The notes: generated by a model not told the origin, from the sequence alone. Counted from the stretch's first letter, positions 41,991 through 57,572 are shown. The stretch is DNA of 64,000 bases from Octopus sinensis (GCF_006345805.1 NC_042997.1:2914001-2978000), one strand, 5' to 3'. Made by a program: numbers and translations.

Positions 41991-42095
41991 TGTGTAATAG
42001 TGTGTGTGTGTGTGTGTTGTGTGTGTGTGTGTGTGCGTGTGTGCGTGCGCGTGCGTGTATGTATGTATATATAAGTATAAATGCATTTACAAATA

Positions 42096-43125
42096 TAAGG
42101 TTGTTCCGAAAATAATGGCTGCTCTCGGTAGGTGAATTTTGGACATATTTAATAACTGACGTATGCACTTTAATAATCTACTTATTTCAGGTAGAAAGCA
42201 TTCTTGAAGCATAGGCTACCTTAATTATGAACACTTTATTTACATGAGTCCAAGCTTGGGTACAATGCCTCGCAAAATGCTGCCAATATCAACAGAGCAT
42301 GGAGAGGGGGTCCCAGAGTGTATCGCACAGTAAGAAAGTGGTTTCAGATCATTGACTTTGAAGAAGGTAGAGGACGGTCATGTAGTCTTGAAAAAGCTCA
42401 ATAAATGGGTACCGCATGTGCTCAATAAAATCAAAACGTTCGGTGTTTTGAAGTGTGCTTGATTCTCTTTCTGGGAGAATGATCTTTTTCTTGACCGAAT
42501 AATCACTTGGGACGAAAAGTGAATACTCTATCATAACCGTAAACGATCAGGTCAGTGACTTGATGATGATGAGCCCACTAAATTTGCATCAGCAAAAGAA
42601 TTTGGTGACTGTCTTGTGGTCTGCATTTGGCGTTGTCCATTACAGATTTCTGGAAGCCAATCGGAGCATTACAACAGAGGTTTACTGCAATCAACTCGCT
42701 AAAATGCATGCTCACTTGCAAAAATTGAGACCTACGTGGCCCAATTCTGCTGCATAATAATGCAAAGCCACATGTTGCACGAATGACGCTGCAGAAACTC
42801 ACAAACTTGAGATACGCGATTTTGCTACATCCCCCATATTCTCCTCATCTTTCACCCAATGACGACCATTTTTGCAAGCATTTTAACACGGTTTTTAAGT
42901 GATAAGACTTTCAGCTTCAAACTAGAGGTGGGATCATCTTTCAAAGATTTCTTAGCATCAATGCCAAAGAGCTTTTATCAAAAAACATAGATAATTTCGT
43001 TGATCAATGGCAGAAGTGCATAGATGTTCAGGGCTCATAATTTAAATTATCAATAAATTTCTGTTGTTAGCTTTTGCAGAATAAATTTGTTTCTGAAATC
43101 GGCCATTATTTTCGGAACAACCTAA
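42096..43125 (+). mobile_element. mariner transposon, internally deleted and disrupted
   Basis: 26-bp TIRs (TAAGGTTGTTCCGAAAATAATGGCTG and rc TTAGGTTGTTCCGAAAATAATGGCCG) with TA on both sides. Motifs WVPHVL, RIITWDEK, HNNAKPH and HPPYSPHLSP. Confidence 0.93.
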
Positions 43126-43320
43126 TAGATATACAGTTGATAGGTATGGTATTATGGTTACTGAATGGAATAAAATCTTTCATAGACAGGCTCTGTTAAA
43201 AGATAAAATATACAAAAGTGTGAGGCGTAAATCTGCACCGCAGTGTTCTCAAGAATGTTAAAGCCAGTTCGTATTTCTTAAACCTTTTCAATGATGTATT
43301 TCACATCACATACCTTGATT

Positions 43321-43369
<49 letters not shown>

Positions 43370-44955
43370 TCCTCTGATATATAGGAAAAAATCAGTGCTG
43401 CTGGGGAAAGCCGCCGCTCGGGACACATGATCAATATACGCAAGTGAGACGCTATTAAGTTAAACTTGCTATGTATATGAGTTACGTAAAGGTATATGTT
43501 AAATTTCTAAGGAAACGGCGCGTCAAATGAAGGGTAGGCAAGTGAGCTTTCGAGTAATATATGGTTCCAAATACCTTTCTAATAGATGTGATGTACGGCT
43601 ATTTACTGTATATTTCATGGCGCTCCAATACATTTAGTATGCAAAGAGTCTAGCAACATGAACGAAGTTCGTAACCTAAATAAAAAAGCGACACGGCCAT
43701 TAATTAAAAGCTATATTCTGATTTTCCAATTTATATTATTCGAAATTCATTGCATGAGTTGAAGCTTAATACATGCTTTTCTACTGGATTCTTTTGTATA
43801 ACTAATTTTCATATAATTTGCTACTCTTTATTTGGAGTCCTGTTTCTTTTTTCGCTATTGCTTTATAGGAATTTGTGCGAGATTTTAAATACCGGTTACA
43901 TTTCTATTGCACTATATATTTTCCATACATACACAAACGAACGTAGGAACGCATGCACGTACACACACAGACAAGCGCAATCACACACAGACATACATTC
44001 ACGCACGCAGAAACACATATACACACGCCACGCACATATATGGAATCTTAATTATATACTCTTTTGTTTCTCATACGAATATACAATACTTGTTTTTGTA
44101 TTAGGTATAATTTCTTTCAAATTATGAATTTAAATATTATATTACCAATATTACTAATACAGTTGAAGTATTCTAAAGTAAGTGAAAAATGATTTAATTG
44201 ATGCTGATTATAACACATCTAATTGTGACAAACTATTGTAGAATAAATTTAGTGGAACATTGTAATTTACTGTAGAGAAAGCCCAGATTTAATCGCTTTA
44301 CGAATATGTGTATTTTAAACTGGTCAATCAATCGCCTAAATATTTCGGTTTCTCGTATGTCTATAAGCAATACCTTGCTTGTGATATCTCCCTATATATT
44401 TGTACATACTGCTTATTTGTTCCTGTTTCTGTATCAATCAAACAAGTATATATATTTATTGTACTGTTTTCCATTCTTCAATTTTCGTACATAAAAAAAA
44501 AAAAACAATTATGATGAGTCCGTGCATCCGTAAATTCAAGTTCTTCTCACACTTCATTCTGCAAATTTAAAACTGAAGCCTGTTATTTGAATGGATCGTT
44601 CAGCTGTGCATATTAAATAAACTCCACTGATACTGAACAGTGAGCAAACAAATATAATTGACATAGAATGAATTATCAAACTAAATGACGTCATGCACGA
44701 ATAAAACGTTGTTTGCAATCATTTATGATGATATTCATGACGTAACAATGAATTATCTTACAATATTAATATTCGTAATAACACCATTTCTTGCAATCTA
44801 ATTCTTTAAAATATTTCTCAGTTGGATCTCCTAGATTATTCCTTCTCAAATTTGATATCTAATTATATTTAATACAACTCTATTCAATTAGATTCGAAAA
44901 GAAATTATTTTGAGTGATGAATAAAAGCTGATATTAAACTCTGATTGTATTTTAA

Positions 44956-45079
44956 AATAACAACACCAACAACAACATCAACAACAACAAAACAACGATA
45001 ATAACAAGAAGAAAATGAAGAAGGCGGAGAAGAAGAAGAAGAAGAAGAAGAAGAAGAAGAAGACAGAAAATAAGACGAC

Positions 45080-45128
<49 letters not shown>

Positions 45129-45195
45129 AAGTAGTAGTAGTAGAAGAAGAAGAAGAAGAAAAAGAAGAAGGAGGAGGAGGAGGAGAAGAAGAAGA
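44956..45195. repeat. Compound (AAC)/(AAG)/(TAG)/(GAG) microsatellite
   Basis: Directly visible. Confidence 0.9.
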
Positions 45196-46244
45196 TATGA
45201 AAGAAGTTTTTCTATATATATATGACCGATTTTCCCAAAGAATATATTCAATAGAAATTACAGCAGTAATTAATATTTTTTACTTTACGATGCAAAGTGT
45301 ATAGCACATTATAGTTTACTGCATTATGTTACATGTATTAAAACCAGGTTTATAATATAAGATGAAATTTACCTGACATGAGAAATGTACAAATTATTAT
45401 AGCTATTAATGCGTGTCATCGCTATAGTTGCAATAGTAAAGTATATTTTGTTGAGGGGTAATATAGTACAAAGTATTCTTAAGCATTGTTACTCTGATTC
45501 TGTATAGCTAGTATTACATCAAGCTTTTGATAGGTTAATCGATAAATATATTTCGTATAAACAATTACAAAATCTGTGCTTTGCAACTCTTTACTATCCA
45601 CGATCTACAAAAGATCTGTCTGAAAGATGATACTAACAACAGTTAACAAATGTCTATTTTACACTGAGTGCAGACTGCCATAAACTGTCTCCCCTGAAAG
45701 AATCGTTTATTTTCATTCTAATAATGACATTTAAACGGCATATTAGATGATGATTTTATTAATGTAAGAGTGGAAATTATTAATAATGGAAACTTATAAA
45801 CAATAAATGATATTTAATTCTACACATTATCATTGCAGAATATAAACTAATTCAAAATCCACCATCATGATTTACTACGTATGTTCCCTGATAGCTTTCG
45901 TTGGGCGATTTGCCGCGTAGTTTAGACGAGTGCATTGTTCTTCTCTGTCTGCTTTCCTATCATTCCAAGAGCTGGTTATCCTTCTTGACACCAACAAATT
46001 TACGCCATATACTGGATTCTTTTTTCGTGACTCTCCAATATTTGGCTCTTTAAATTTTGATTTTGCATAAACTCATGGTTATACGTATATTTACCTATAA
46101 CTTATGAGCATAATATGCTTGCATATGTATGTCCATGGTTGAACATGGGTAATATATCGTTAGGGTAATGGCTAATTATATCCCTACGATGGTTATTTTA
46201 ACCTCTAACACAGTTAACCTTTGATATATATATATATATATCAT

Positions 46245-46288
<44 letters not shown>

Positions 46289-48228
46289 GTACTATATACA
46301 CACACGCATATATATATATATATATATACTATATACACACACGCATATATATATATATATATATATACTATATACACATACACGTATATATATATATAAA
46401 TACAAACATACATATTTACACACACATTTTGTTTCCATATACTCAGTTTCGCCGAGATATGCGGTTGTTCTCTAGAATAATTTATTCCCTGTTATCACGA
46501 TTTTCTTTTTCCCATCTCTTTTGTGAGTTTGAAAGACATGCGATTAGACTATTCCATTTCATGCCTTATTATCCTGGGCGTTCTTCTTTCGTAAGGAATA
46601 TAAGTAAAAGAAGAAGAGGCTACTGTCAATTATATTTGACATCAGTACTTGACTCTTAGATTATTTTATCGATTTAAGAAGAATAAAAATGAAGAGTTGA
46701 CGAGGTTAAGTTTGAACTTATAATGTAAAATTTCGTTAACACATACCATAAAACATATTGCTCGAAGCCTTAGCAATTCTCCCAATACACCGTCTTAAGA
46801 ACAAGCGTAAAACACTTATTATTCAAAGGAGGAGGAAAACAATTTCAATCGTGTTAGTATTTCCTGCAAAACATTATGCAAATAATTAGAATGAATAAGG
46901 AAATTAGATTAAAAATATTTATTTCACTCCTAGGTTGAGCGTCTTGTCCTACTACTACTACGACGTGTAGCAGATAGCTGCTGGGAATTGATTCAGTAAT
47001 AGAAATGATTCTCCTCTACGTCGTCCCATTTCTTTTTTAATTTTGTTTCTCCAGTTAATTGTTTGAAAAAATCCAAAAATGCAGCTTTAAATTAATCACA
47101 CGGGTCAGCTGAGGTCTTCTGTGCTATATTGATTGAATTTTGGAAGATAGAATACTACATTTTAGCAGCGTATAAGGCCTAATCGATTTGAGACTCCACA
47201 GAAGAATGATGGAATTTGTATATCAGACAATGAAGGGGTATAAAAAACACAATGAGGGTACCTTAAATTGATTAGAAAGCACAAGTGATCTGTAAAGTAT
47301 GAATTTTCTATCACTGGCCTCTCTTTGGTTTCCATTTTATACGAAAAAAAGCAGCAGAGATTTTTCCTTGTAAAGAAAAACAACGTTAAATAAATATAAA
47401 TAGCTTTTGTTAGGAAATAACAATTAAACGCATCCAATTTCAATGTAGGCGTTTACAGCTTCAATGCACTGAATTGATTCCGATGAATTATAATATGTTA
47501 GGATATCCAATTATTGACGACGTGTTCTAAACTTAAAATACCACACTTGAAGAAGACAAATCATGTAAAATTAAAAGGCAATTGCGGGCCTCTTTATAAA
47601 AAAAATTGGGCATAATTGGAGAACAATTAAACTAAGTTAATGTAAAATCTCAGACATGGATGCATATGCACTTTCACACAGACACGTTCACATACGCGCA
47701 CACTAACTCACACATAATATATAAATGTATATGGGTGCATAAATTGGTATATTTGCTTCAGGGATATTCATAATTTCTATATGTTCTTACTCCTATCTCT
47801 CATATGACAGAACACTTAGCTTAATTCCTTACCCATTATTATGATTCACCTACGTGGCTTTTCTAGAAAAAAGCTGTAACAGACTTTTTTTTTAATCATA
47901 ACTACTCAGCTTTATGGTTATATTCTCTATTTAAATTCAATGTATTTCCAGTGATGCCGAAATGTTTTGCTTTCTCGTTTTCAATTTTAACCATTATCCA
48001 TCCGCCCAAGAAGAAACCATTTCTACCCACCTTTGATAGGCAGCTTCAGCATCTCATCTTTCATATGTAGTGCAGGCCACAGTTTTGGGGTAGGTAATGC
48101 ATACCTATAATATTACTTCAAGTGACGAACCTTGTATATTCTCTCCCTCTCTCATTCTCATCTCCCTTTGTCTCTGTCTGTCTGTCTGTCTCTCTATATA
48201 TATGTATATATGTGTGTGTGTGTGCGTG

Positions 48229-48270
<42 letters not shown>

Positions 48271-48828
48271 GTGTGTGTGTGTGCATGCGTGTGTGTTTGT
48301 GATGTGTGTATACGCATAATACTGTAACATCTTTCTACAACAATGTGTGCATATGCATTGTAATTTAATGTAAACACTAAACATTAATGCTAAAAACTCT
48401 CATGTAATACACCCAAAACAAGCAATTAGCATTTTTGTGCCGAGGAAGATTATTATCGTTTTCCCGATATCAACAACGAAATACTTTTAGAAACAAATAT
48501 ATAAAGAAGTCACAAACAAGTATAAAATAATTTGAAACGTACACAGCGAATATATACCATATCATGTACACTAACAGCAACTATTCAACTAATGTCATTT
48601 AAGCACACGGAAATAAACAGACATATACGGAACTAGGTGACTTAGGAACACATAAATATCAGAAGAATAATGCATCTTGCGATGAAGAAAATCGTTAGTG
48701 TTCAAGAAAGACGTATAGATGGTTACACAGAGGATAGGTATATTTAAAGTGAAAAATAACACAACCGACTTAATGTGAAGTATGCTTATTAATCTTCTCT
48801 AAATAAAAGCGTGAGTGAATTAGCTATA

Positions 48829-48879
<51 letters not shown>

Positions 48880-49539
48880 GTGTATCTAGGTATGTGCGTG
48901 GATGATTGCGAGCGTGTTTATTAGATTATATCTTTGACTATCAATGTGTGAACAGGGTTCTTGGATCTTTCAGTGCACAATGTTTCTAGATAATTATTCT
49001 CATTGACATTGCTTCATCACTAACTTCACTGTTCACATTTCCTTATAGACAAAACAGTTGTATGCAAATGTTGTTTGTTTAAATCTTGTTAACTTTGGTA
49101 TTATGCTTTGTGTTTATATACTCTATTTTCTTTCTGGGTCATAAAATCACTCGCATCAGACGACGTCAATGTTTTCGCACTTCCTCGACAACCGAGCTTA
49201 TTAATACAATACATTCTAAATACATTGATTTATACCAATTGGTTAGTGTCACAGCTAAGATGTCGTAGAACTACACAGGCATACGTACACCTACGCGCAC
49301 GCGAAAACATACACATATACTCTCTCGTATACACAACTCTGTGTAGGAGTGAGAGACAGAAGTTTACGAGCAATTTGATACAATTTAGTATACTAATTTT
49401 CACTCACTAAATGCAATTATAAAACAAGGTAAATAAGTTTCCTGCAATATTCGTTACTAGCAATAAAAATGATCAAATACCACCTAATTATACTTATACA
49501 GCTCTTAATATCGTGGGCATTTTAATCAGCTAACATATC

Positions 49540-49752
49540 GGTTTCAAATTTTGACACAATGCAAGTAAGTTTGGAGGAGGGGCTAAATCGATTAAATAGA
49601 CCCATTATTTAACTGGTACTTGTTTTACTGGTATCGAAAGGATGAAATGTATAGTCGATCCCAGTAAAATTTGAACTCAAGACGTACAGGTAAACGAGAT
49701 GCCGGTAAGCAATTGACCTGGGGTACTAAACATTCTGCCTGCTAGCCCCATT
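49540..49752 (-). mobile_element. SINE family C, degenerate
   Basis: Similar to 10685-10875 (TTCAAATTTTG...AAGGATGAAA...ATTTGAACTCAA). Confidence 0.6.
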
Positions 49753-51213
49753 AATCAGTCTATATATGAATTAGAAAATGACATAGTAACGCATCGCTTT
49801 TGCTGTATGGTTCTAAACAATTTATTTTAACTTTAGTAATCTCTGTTGTTCTAGTAAAATGCCATTGTGAGCAGGCCAAAAATTCAGAATTTCGACTGCA
49901 CAGTTATACTTAGAACAATCAAACACTGACCGTTACTGAATCTTTATTCCTTTTCGGGAAATAATCAAATTGACATGCAAAACATGTAGATGTAGCATAA
50001 AATGCCTCAGTATGTAAATATATATATTTTATACAAAAAGCTATAAAATCGCCTAAAGATTAAGACAAATAATAAGATTTAAAGAAATTTGACATTGACG
50101 TCATTAAAAATATTTGATGAATTACTTTATTAGCTATAAAAAGCAATTAAATTAATCGTTAACGTCTTACCACAATAATCACCCGTTTCCCTCGAAATAT
50201 CGTAAATGCATGTTTGCGTAAAGCGTACGGCTATTACAATTAGCGTTATGTGCGCAACAACATGTGTTGTCTTGAAACATGTCAATATTTATCGACATGC
50301 AATTGGCAAGAAGTTGTCCCGACGAACGATTAAAAGTAAATCTGACCGAAGAATGGAATGAACATATTCAAGAAACTTTATAAAACATGTATACGAAGAA
50401 TATATAATGCAACAAACAGTTTAAACGACAAATAAAATTGCTTCAATAGTAAAGAAGTAAATTGCTGATTCTGTTGCTGAAATGAATCTAATGTTTTGGC
50501 AACGGTTATTCTCCTTCATAAATCAAAATATTTACCTTCTGATCCATTCGTGGGGAAAAAAGGCAAATGTGCCTAAAGATTATTATTAATTAGCAGCCTG
50601 ATGCAGTAGGCTGGTAAAAATTCAATATGTTACATGGCTGTTTTATTGCGATAAGATACGGGTAATTCGCAATTCGAATAACATGTTTCTTTCCCCAGGT
50701 TTACTGACTCGAGAGAGTTTCTAATTTGCTCAATAGCTGACTATTATGATTGAAGAATAAAAAGGTTACAAAATGAATGAATGATTGGTACGAAAATACA
50801 ACACATTAGATACATAAAAAATAATGTGGGGTAAACCTAATCAAAAGCAATACATATTTGTTTAAAAAATAGGGGAATCGAATTCAGTGGTTTCGATTAT
50901 CAGTTACCAATTAACTACTACTGAATTATTATTGCTTTTTTTTCTTTCTAACAATTACACATAAATTTCAATTTCATAGAATGTCAGTAGGAATTGGGCT
51001 TGTACTTTCGAATGAACTCTTGTTTAATGAAAGAACATGTTTTTTTAAGTTGTTAAATTAGCCAGCTGAATTTTAAACGCGTATTTCATTTTAATTCCGT
51101 GCATTGCCTTTTAACGATCTCAATTTTATTATTAGTCTTTGACCAGCGTGATATTGATTAATTATTTATATGTATGTTTGTATGTATCTATCTGTATATA
51201 TACATACATGTAT

Positions 51214-51245
<32 letters not shown>

Positions 51246-52865
51246 GTATATGTATAAGTACATTTGTCCAGTGCATTTCAAATCTGGAATTGCGCGCAAA
51301 CTAAGCAATAGCTAGACATTTGTGAGAAATTTCGATTCCTGTTCTGAAACTGCATTCTTTGCAAGGAAATCATGTCTGAGAGTCTTGCAGAGTATACGTT
51401 TCGAACAGCAGAATAATTATTAGACTTTTATTTTCAATAGCTTACGGAGGTTCATCATTATGTATTTGTTCATCATTATGTATTTGTTAGCTAATGCAAA
51501 TTCTATAATCTAGGCATATTTTAAAATTGCCAGAGAGAGTAACCTCCAGACAAAGTAATACTGGATTGGAAGAAAGAACTTAAATGATCATCGTGGAGCG
51601 ACATCTAGCAGAGTCATTAACCATCATATGCATAGATTTGCTTTCTGCATGCACTGTGTGTAATGTCGCACTTACAAATCCCTAACCGAAATGCATATAA
51701 AGTTCTAGATACCGACCATTTGGCATTGAATTCAAAGATTAAATTTCACTGGACAACTGCTAAATTTTTTATGTATTACCGAATACAAAAATAGTATTGA
51801 TAAGATAATACCTGAAACAAGCAGTCTTTTCAAGAACAATTTTATTCACATAACAAAGGACGTGTCATAATTCATCAGTAAATACTAGAGAATATCAGAT
51901 TATATATATATATATATATATATATATAACACTTTTGGTTATATCCTTACAATATATTCAATCAATTTCTCACAACATTTGGGTTTCAGACACGGAAATG
52001 CAGAGGTAATGAAATGAATCTTCTTGGAATGCATACGCGTTCATGTGATGCAAGAAATATTGGAATTAGCACTTGACTAAAGCATTTAGGACAAATTAGT
52101 TATGGTCACAATAAAATTTGGTATCTGCTTATAAATATTACAAAATTATTTATCATCTGTTGTGCCTCAGTTTCAGTCATATAATCACTTATATTCCACA
52201 GATCAGTCGTATGTAAATACATCAAACTAATCCAAATTTAGACATATAATTCCTAGATTCTCAAATCAATAGCCTTTCTCGATAATTTTCCTGTAACCAA
52301 TATCTATTGATATTTCTAAATCATTATATTTTTCTTTTAAAGTAGTAGAAGAAGATCCATATTTTAATGAATTTCAATGAAGAAATGATGAACCGTCAAT
52401 TTAATAGAAATAAAAATTTGTTATGAATACGTTTTCAAACAGGTGACACCAGACTGAAAATTAATGTTATTTATTTTTCCTATCATAACAATATTGCTAA
52501 ACGCAATAAACAAAATAACAATGAATAGCAAATGGAAAGTATATAATCTTGGTGGGTTAAATTCGTTTTATTCCTGTTTGGTAAATATATCAATTTCTAA
52601 ATGAAATTAAATGTTTAAGAAGCTAGAGAGAAATTTTGCTGTAAGAATGTTCTCTATGTCTTTTCGATTATAATTGTTTTATTAATTCTCCATGCTTTCA
52701 TAACATATACAAAACATATAAAAGTAGTTTGTATACCAACACATACACATACACCCACGCATACGCACGCGCACACACAAATATGTATATATATTTATAT
52801 ATACAAATATACTTGCACACGCTTCTGTGTGTGTGTGTGCGATTTTCATTTGATGTATTTGAATT

Positions 52866-52944
<79 letters not shown>

Positions 52945-53994
52945 AATTCAAATACATCAAATACAACTCGATTATATTTACCCAAATGTACTTTTAATGA
53001 GATATTTTTCATTTCATTTACACAGGAATTTTTGTGGAATTTGCGTTTTGTAATGTAGCCAGATAAATGGTAAACTTTCATTCACTGATAAACGTAATGT
53101 GTTTTTCTTCTTATTAAATCATCGAAGGCTTCTAGAGTTTAAAACAAAACTAACGTTTGAAGATTAAAATTCATTTTCTGTTGCTGAAGATAAATCACTT
53201 TCATCTCGCGAATTAGAATATATAACTGTAGCTTTACATACAATCAGTAGAAAAATATTTAATAACTAAAATAGTACATTTAATGATGCAATAAACTTAT
53301 AAATACTAATATAAAAGTGAGTAACTTTTTGTTTTATACGATTCCTGCTTGATTGTATCACAATTTTTAAAAAAGAGTTGAGTTACATTGGAAATAAAGC
53401 TTCACTTTAATGTCACACATGTCCCAGAAATATGTTTTACTGCAAGACTGGCTAAACTCATAAAACTTTTGCTTAAGGAACTTATATGTAGTGTTTGATC
53501 GGAAATAAAAAGGGATTCAGTATAATGTAACTTATGTGTAATTTCTTCGTCAGGTTTAAGATATAATTTGTTGTGCATCCTATAAAATGTTCCTTATTTT
53601 ACTTTGAAACTTCGTATTTAGAAAGCCACTATTTTGAAGGGCACCATTTTCACAACGGCAGTCACGAATCACTGTCGTTTAAAAAGAGTCAGCAATGTTA
53701 TTGTTATTTATCCACAAGAAACATAATCCCCGGCTGGCTGTGCAACACAGCACTGTCACATTATATTTACAAATAATTTTTACTATGTATAAATACAAAC
53801 AGAGGCAAACACACATTCACACACATATACATACAGTAATATATCAATATACGAGTTAATTTATTCCAGGAATCCCTCGTAAAGCTAAAACTCGTAAACC
53901 AAAATAATATATATATATGTGTGTGCGTGTGTGTGTGTGTGTGTGTATGTGTGTGGTTGTGTGTGTGCGCGCGTGTGCGTGTGTGTTAAATAAA

Positions 53995-54525
53995 ATGAGG
54001 CTACAAAGTCAAGGCTGTGTAGAAACTTCAGGACATTTATAAAGAGAAAGTTAGTCTTACAGCTGTTTCTGTGATATTAGAGATATCCTTTTATAAGAGA
54101 CAATGTGAGATGGTTAATAAGAGGGAAATATTATAGTTCGATGCAGGAGTTATTTTGTAAAGAAGTATATTGGGAAATAGGAGAATAAATGTAGAAATAA
54201 AAGTGTATAAAAATGTTATATTTACAGTTGCTTTATTGAAGGAAAGTGGTTTGTAGAAGTGGTATAAATGCTTCCTGTCCATGGTATGTAAATTCCAATA
54301 GGAATTCATATTTTGTCATCGCAAATGGAAAGTGGGGAGACATAGATTCCATGTTCTGTTCATTCAAAGAGGTCTTGTGGTGTGAATGAAAATTTGAGAA
54401 TGCATTAAGTGGATAGAGATGGGAGAAGAGATGTGTATGTTACAATGACGAGAGCGGTCAAAGGAAAAGTTGAGAAAGGAAGAAGGAAAAAAGGAGGAAG
54501 AGAAAATGAAAACAAGAGAAAATGA
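53995..54525 (-). mobile_element. Penelope-like pseudo-LTR, inverted relative to 56160-56490 plus 57573-57626
   Basis: Reverse-complement similarity to those segments. Decayed hammerhead at ~54055-54100 (GAAACAGCTGTA retained). Confidence 0.78.
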
Positions 54526-54565
54526 TAAATGATTAAGATAGTGAAAAAACAAAAAAACAAAAAAA

Positions 54566-55127
54566 ATGAAACAAGGAATGTTAGTTGGTGCCGAGCCAAC
54601 CGCTCTAAGTATAAGAACATCCATAACAAATTATTTGACAATACTACGCGATCATCCGTCTCCACCCAAGTCGACGCCTTCGTCGGACTATACATACACC
54701 AAGAGCTCCAAATACATTTCTATGATATCAAGGGATGACTGTACAGAGATGACGCCTTTCTATTACCAAAATGTACATTGTGACAACTCTGAAAACACGA
54801 ACGTCCAACATATCCATAGCTCCAATTCCGAAGCCAATACTTTAGACCTCAACAGAATCCCTACCAATCCCACTAACAATAATCAGAATACTACTAACAC
54901 TGCTTCCACCACTATTACAGATATGATAAATAACAACAACGATAGGAATATTAATGATAATAGTAATCATAATGTTAATAACACACACCAATCTACCCCC
55001 ATCTATAACCTCTTCTCTGACAAAATTATCCCCTCCATTCCTGAGAATAATCCCCGCAATACGCTACCATGTAAATGCCGTCCTGGGACCATTTGTCCTC
55101 TACAACCCCATTGCAGAAGGTCTAAAG

Positions 55128-55135
<8 letters not shown>
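54566..55135 (+). pseudogene. PLE ORF remnant: Asn-rich linker plus Cys motif preceding GIY-YIG
   Basis: PCKCRPGTICPLQPHCRRSKVI resembles the CxCR....CPL...C....VIY motif of Naiad/Chlamys-group PLEs. It is interrupted by (TA)n. Confidence 0.55.
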
Positions 55136-55188
<53 letters not shown>

Positions 55189-55839
55189 TATCAACTATAA
55201 ATTTGAAGCATCGTTATGCTGCGCATCTCAATTCTTTCAGTACGAGCAAGACAGTAAAGCCACAACGACTCGTGAGTCACATACATCATCTCGAAAGTAG
55301 AAATTTTCCTTACAGCTTGTTGAGGTCTATAATAGATTCATGGCTTCCATACTAAGGTCAACACTCAGCCTGTAACTTACGCCTAAAAGTGACATTCCAC
55401 ATATTAAAACACAGCTCTTCAATACTACAAAATGTATATAACGAGCCCCTAGGTACTTGCAACCAAGTATTTTTAACTCTCAAGTCTTTGTTGTTTAATA
55501 CTACAAATATGGGCATGCATATGTGTACGTATGTGAATGTATGCGTGTATATACGTACGCATGTGTGTGCGTATATGTATATGTACGCGTGCATATATGC
55601 GTGTATATTCATATATATATATGTATGTAAATGTATATATATGCTTGTGTGTGCCTGTGCGTGCATGCATGCGTGTGTGTATATAAGTATGTGCGTGCAT
55701 ATGTATGCGTGCGTATGTGTATATATATGAATGCTTAAAGTTTTAAATTCACAAGTTCGCCGGACTGTATAATAATGCATACACACACATATGTACATGT
55801 ATGCGTGCGTTTATCAATAGACACTTCTTTCTTTCTCTC

Positions 55840-56490
55840 CGATTCCTATACCCATCCTATCACATTAGCCAGTAGAATAAACAAATATTTCTATTTATGG
55901 GAACTTGACTATACTTAGCATCCTTCCCTTCCCTTTTGTAGTTTACTACTCATATTAGAAGAACCCTTTTTCTGTACGCATCCCTTAATGCCATGCAAAG
56001 ATATGACCTCACCTCACACACCTCACACATATTCATTAATTACATTATCTCTTCCTTCCCGTCTCCTACACCTCTCCCAACACATTTTAATATCTTGACC
56101 ACCAAATAACACTCTTTTCTCCATTTCTCCTTTTTACTTTTATTGTACACATCCTTACACATTTTTCATTTTCTCTTCCTCTTTCTTTCCTTCTTTTCTC
56201 ATCTTTTCCTTCGACCCCTCTCGTCATTTTAACATACACATCTTTTCTCCCCTCTCTATCTCCTTAATACTATCAATATAATCTCAAATTTACATTCACA
56301 CCACGAGGCCCCTATGCTTAAACAGCATATGGAATCTATGTCTCCACACTTTCCATTTGTGATGACAAAATATGAACACCTATTGGAATTTACATACCAC
56401 GGACAGGAAGCATTTATACCACTTCTAAACACCACTTTGCTGATGAAGGAATATACCTAATATCCCAGAAACAGCTGTAAGGCTAACTTT
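55840..56490 (+). mobile_element. Penelope-like 3' region with hammerhead
   Basis: Inverted match to 54050-54520. It resumes at 57573 after an insertion. Confidence 0.75.
56440..56482 (+). ncRNA. Minimal hammerhead motif, core intact
   Basis: CTGATGA-aggaatatacctaatatccca-GAAA-CAGCTG-TA. The 5' strand of helix I appears lost through an upstream deletion. Confidence 0.65.
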
Positions 56491-56492
56491 TG

Positions 56493-57572
56493 CGGGATCT
56501 AGTCTTTCTCATTCGCAAAATGAGCCCCCTTTAATTTTGCTTTAAATTTTAGTGTATCGATACAACCCTGAATTTTTATTGCGATCAATTTTATCTCGTA
56601 AGTGAAAGAATCTGATGTTATTTGGAATTAAATCTTGGTAAATTTAACCAATCAACAGTCAGTGTGGCATTAGCAGCATGTTACTATGACAACCGGACGC
56701 TGTGTTTTGGTTCACTCCACTGTTGTCTGCGACTTCGTGGTTCACTTAACTGTTGTCTGTGACGCACGTTTTTCTATGTTGATTTTATAAAGTTGATTCT
56801 TGACAGCACGAGAATCTTTCACTCGCGATTTTAGTTTTAATTTTTCTGTGTGTCAGTATATTACATATTTTACTGTGCTTCTGTGTGTTAGCATTTTCCT
56901 GTGCTTTTACTGTTAGTATTTTTTTCATATTGTTCATGTCATATATGTCATTCTTATCGTAGTTTAAAATACAAGCACGAAAACGTTTTGGAGATAGACG
57001 CCCCATTCAAACACACACATTCACACACAGAAGAATGTATATATATAAACTTCTATATGAATACATACATCCACATACAATTACATATTAATGATGTACA
57101 CAAAACATGACAGGTATACATAATACTGAAATACGCATAAAGGAAACACATGCAGACAAATATATTGATATAACACATTCTAAAAATTTTATAAAGAGAT
57201 ACAATGAAGAGACAAAAGACATCGTAAGATTACCTATGTTGAATTTATTAAGTATTTCTGTTTATTTACAAACCTAGAATGGACAGGTCATACCACAGAC
57301 GCTAATCTATTAATTTTACAGCGTACAACCTTAAATTTGTCACCGCTCCGCTAAACACAGAAAATTTCAGTCTCGCTATTAGCTAAAACTAGAGAAAGTT
57401 TTCGATTTTTAAACCTCTGTAACTTTTTCCGCCAGTTTGTTTTTCTCAAAAACATCATACCTTCATAGTAATGAGACCGGAAGCCTACATTATTATAACC
57501 GATTTTTAGATTTCTTACTTCTTTTTTAAAAAAAACATGCATATTTTGCGAATGAAAAAAAAATAGATACCG
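56493..57572. mobile_element. Non-autonomous TIR DNA transposon (~1.08 kb), superfamily unclear
   Basis: TIRs CGGGATCTAGTCTTTCTCATTCGCAAAAT and (rc) CGGTATCTATTTTTTTTTCATTCGCAAAAT. It splits a PLE sequence that is contiguous in the 53995-54090 copy. Confidence 0.75.

Noticed and set aside
46260-46400. Regularly spaced repeats resembling a CRISPR-like array
   Set aside because: The unit is CTATATACACACACGCA(TA)n without unique spacers, so it is a microsatellite-derived minisatellite.
51451-51488. 18-bp tandem duplication TTCATCATTATGTATTTG x2
   Set aside because: An ordinary slippage duplication.
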